35,602 nucleotides of DNA, taken from assembly GCA_046583315.1 (NCBI GenBank), contig JAYGCN010000026.1, positions 1-35,602 of the forward strand, in the 5' to 3' direction. Positions within the stretch are counted from its first letter, which is position 1. Each line of letters starts with the position of its first letter. Position numbers and translations under genes: made by a program. The notes below the pieces were generated by a model. The model saw only the letters and a list, made by a program, of their open reading frames with translations. It had not been told where the DNA came from and ran no database searches. This DNA is from Candidatus Hydrogenedentota bacterium. Its GTDB lineage: Bacteria; Hydrogenedentota; Hydrogenedentia; Hydrogenedentales; GCA-2746185. Positions 33,874 to 35,602 of this stretch are shown here, piece by piece.

Positions 33874-35602
33874 GTGACGACTGACGAAATACGCGCAAGT
33901 TTCCTGAACTTTTTCAAAGAGCGCGGCCATACCGTGGAACGCAGCGACTTGATCGTGCCTGCGAATGACCCCACCTTGATGTTTACCAGCGCGGGCATGG
34001 TGCAGTTCAAAGATTTTTATACTGGCGAAGTGCCTTTGCCGTATTCCACGGCGGCGACATCGCAAAAGTGTTTGCGTGCGGGCGGTAAAGCGAACGACCT
34101 GGATGAAGTGGGAAAAACCACGCGCCACATGACCTTTTTTGAGATGCTGGGCAATTTCTCCTTTGGCGATTATTTCAAACGTGAAGCAATTCAGTATGCC
34201 TGGGAGTTTTCCACCGAGGTCATGGGCATTCCCGGCGAGTCCATCTTTATCTCCGTATTTGAAGACGATGACGAGACCTGGGACATCTGGTCCAAGGACA
34301 TGGGCATTCCCGATTCGCGATTGATCCGCATGGGCGTGAAAGACAACTTCTGGGGACCTGCAGGAGATACAGGCGCGTGTGGGCCGTGTACTGAACTGCA
34401 TTTTGACAAAGGGGAACACTTCGATCCGAAAGCCGATCCCGATAATGACCCGAACGAACGTTTCATGGAATTCTGGAACCTCGTGTTCCCGCAATTTGAT
34501 CAGCAACTTGACGGATCGCGCCGACCGTTGAAGAATCGCGGCATTGATACCGGCCTGGGGCTCGAACGTCTTGCGGCCTTGGTTCAGAAAAAAGAAACCG
34601 TGTTTGATATCGACGGGATTTATCCCATCATTGAGGCGACCCAGTCGATGACCAAGGTGAAATACGAGGATAATCCGGTGCCGTTCCGAGTCATTGCCGA
34701 TCACGTTCGTGCGCTGTCTTTTTTGATTGCGGACGGCGTATTGCCGAGTAACGAAGGACGCGGGTATGTGGAACGTCGTTTGCTCCGTCGTGCATCCCGT
34801 TTCGGTCGCGAACTTGGACTGGAAAAATCGTTCCTGTGTGAGGTATCGAAAACGGTTGTCGATATCATGGGCCATCAATATCCCGAGCTCATCGAAAAAC
34901 AGGTTCAGATCGAAAAGATTATTCAGACCGAAGAAGAACGATTCGCCGGAACGCTCGCGCGGGGTATGGATGTGCTGGAAACGACGTTTGAGAAGATGAC
35001 TTCCGACGGAAATAGTGTAGTTCCGGGTGCCGAACTCTTCAAGTTGCACGATACTTTCGGATTTCCGCTGGATCTTGCTACGGACATCGCTGAAGATCGC
35101 GGATACTCGGTGGATAAGGAAGGTTTCGAAGCCGCGATGACCGGGCAGCGTGAGAAGGCCCGGAGCGCCTGGTCGGGTAGCGGTGCGGAAGCCCTTGCGC
35201 CCATCTATCGCACGTTGAAAGAGGAACAGGGCGACACGGAATTCCTGGGGTATGACGAGACGGAATCCGATGCCGTAATTTTGGCGATTGTTAAGGACGG
35301 CAAGGTTCTTGAAGCACTGAGCGAAGGCGACGACGCTGAAATTATTCTGGATCGAACGCCGTTTTATGCGGAGTCCGGCGGTCAGGTCGGGGACACGGGT
35401 ATTCTCGATGGCGTGAACGGTTCGGCGCATGTGAACACGACGAAGGCTCCGGTCAAGAAGCAGACCGTGCATTATGTGACGTGTAATGCGGGCACCTTGA
35501 AGCCGGGCGACAAGATTAACGCCCAGGTGGCCGAAGAGAAACGCACATCGATATTGAATCACCATACCGCGACGCATCTGTTGCAAGCGGCGTTGCAGAA
35601 TG
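33874..35602 (+). CDS. alaS: Alanine--tRNA ligase, 3'-truncated by window edge
   Basis: GTG start after GGAG: MTTDEIRASFLNFF...DPTLMFTSAGMVQFK...QKCLRAGGK...TFFEMLGNFSFGDYFK...EFWNLVF...IDTGLGLER...IADHVR...TPFYAESGGQVGD...HTATHLLQAAL. Confidence 0.98.
   Translation, partial: MTTDEIRASFLNFFKERGHTVERSDLIVPANDPTLMFTSAGMVQFKDFYTGEVPLPYSTAATSQKCLRAGGKANDLDEVGKTTRHMTFFEMLGNFSFGDYFKREAIQYAWEFSTEVMGIPGESIFISVFEDDDETWDIWSKDMGIPDSRLIRMGVKDNFWGPAGDTGACGPCTELHFDKGEHFDPKADPDNDPNERFMEFWNLVFPQFDQQLDGSRRPLKNRGIDTGLGLERLAALVQKKETVFDIDGIYPIIEATQSMTKVKYEDNPVPFRVIADHVRALSFLIADGVLPSNEGRGYVERRLLRRASRFGRELGLEKSFLCEVSKTVVDIMGHQYPELIEKQVQIEKIIQTEEERFAGTLARGMDVLETTFEKMTSDGNSVVPGAELFKLHDTFGFPLDLATDIAEDRGYSVDKEGFEAAMTGQREKARSAWSGSGAEALAPIYRTLKEEQGDTEFLGYDETESDAVILAIVKDGKVLEALSEGDDAEIILDRTPFYAESGGQVGDTGILDGVNGSAHVNTTKAPVKKQTVHYVTCNAGTLKPGDKINAQVAEEKRTSILNHHTATHLLQAALQN

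Noticed and set aside
33682..35586. 634-aa minus-strand ORF
   Set aside because: Antisense shadow of alaS, which has unmistakable motifs on the + strand.

Overview
A bacterial chromosomal window of moderately high GC, densely coding. I saw no rRNA, tRNA, CRISPR array, integrase or transposase. It runs from a 5'-truncated ribulokinase to a 3'-truncated alanyl-tRNA synthetase (alaS, which the supplied ORF track misses). It holds a housekeeping block (rlmD, malic enzyme, yicC-gmk-rpoZ-coaBC) and many exported proteins of kinds common in Planctomycetota, Acidobacteriota and Ca. Hydrogenedentota; that taxonomy is only an inference. Most notable: (i) two dispersed paralogous secreted proteins that fuse a CxxCH cytochrome c domain to a domain with candidates for all six copper ligands of PHM/DBH-type monooxygenases; (ii) a ~1950-aa TPR plus coiled-coil protein with four repeats spaced exactly 306 bp apart; (iii) a decaying nucleotide-sugar gene block (two frameshifts, one nonsense codon) behind an intrinsic terminator; (iv) an apparently inactive HMG-CoA-synthase-like/DUF35 fusion paired with an SCP2-type thiolase. 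All calls come from motif recognition by eye; no database searches were run.
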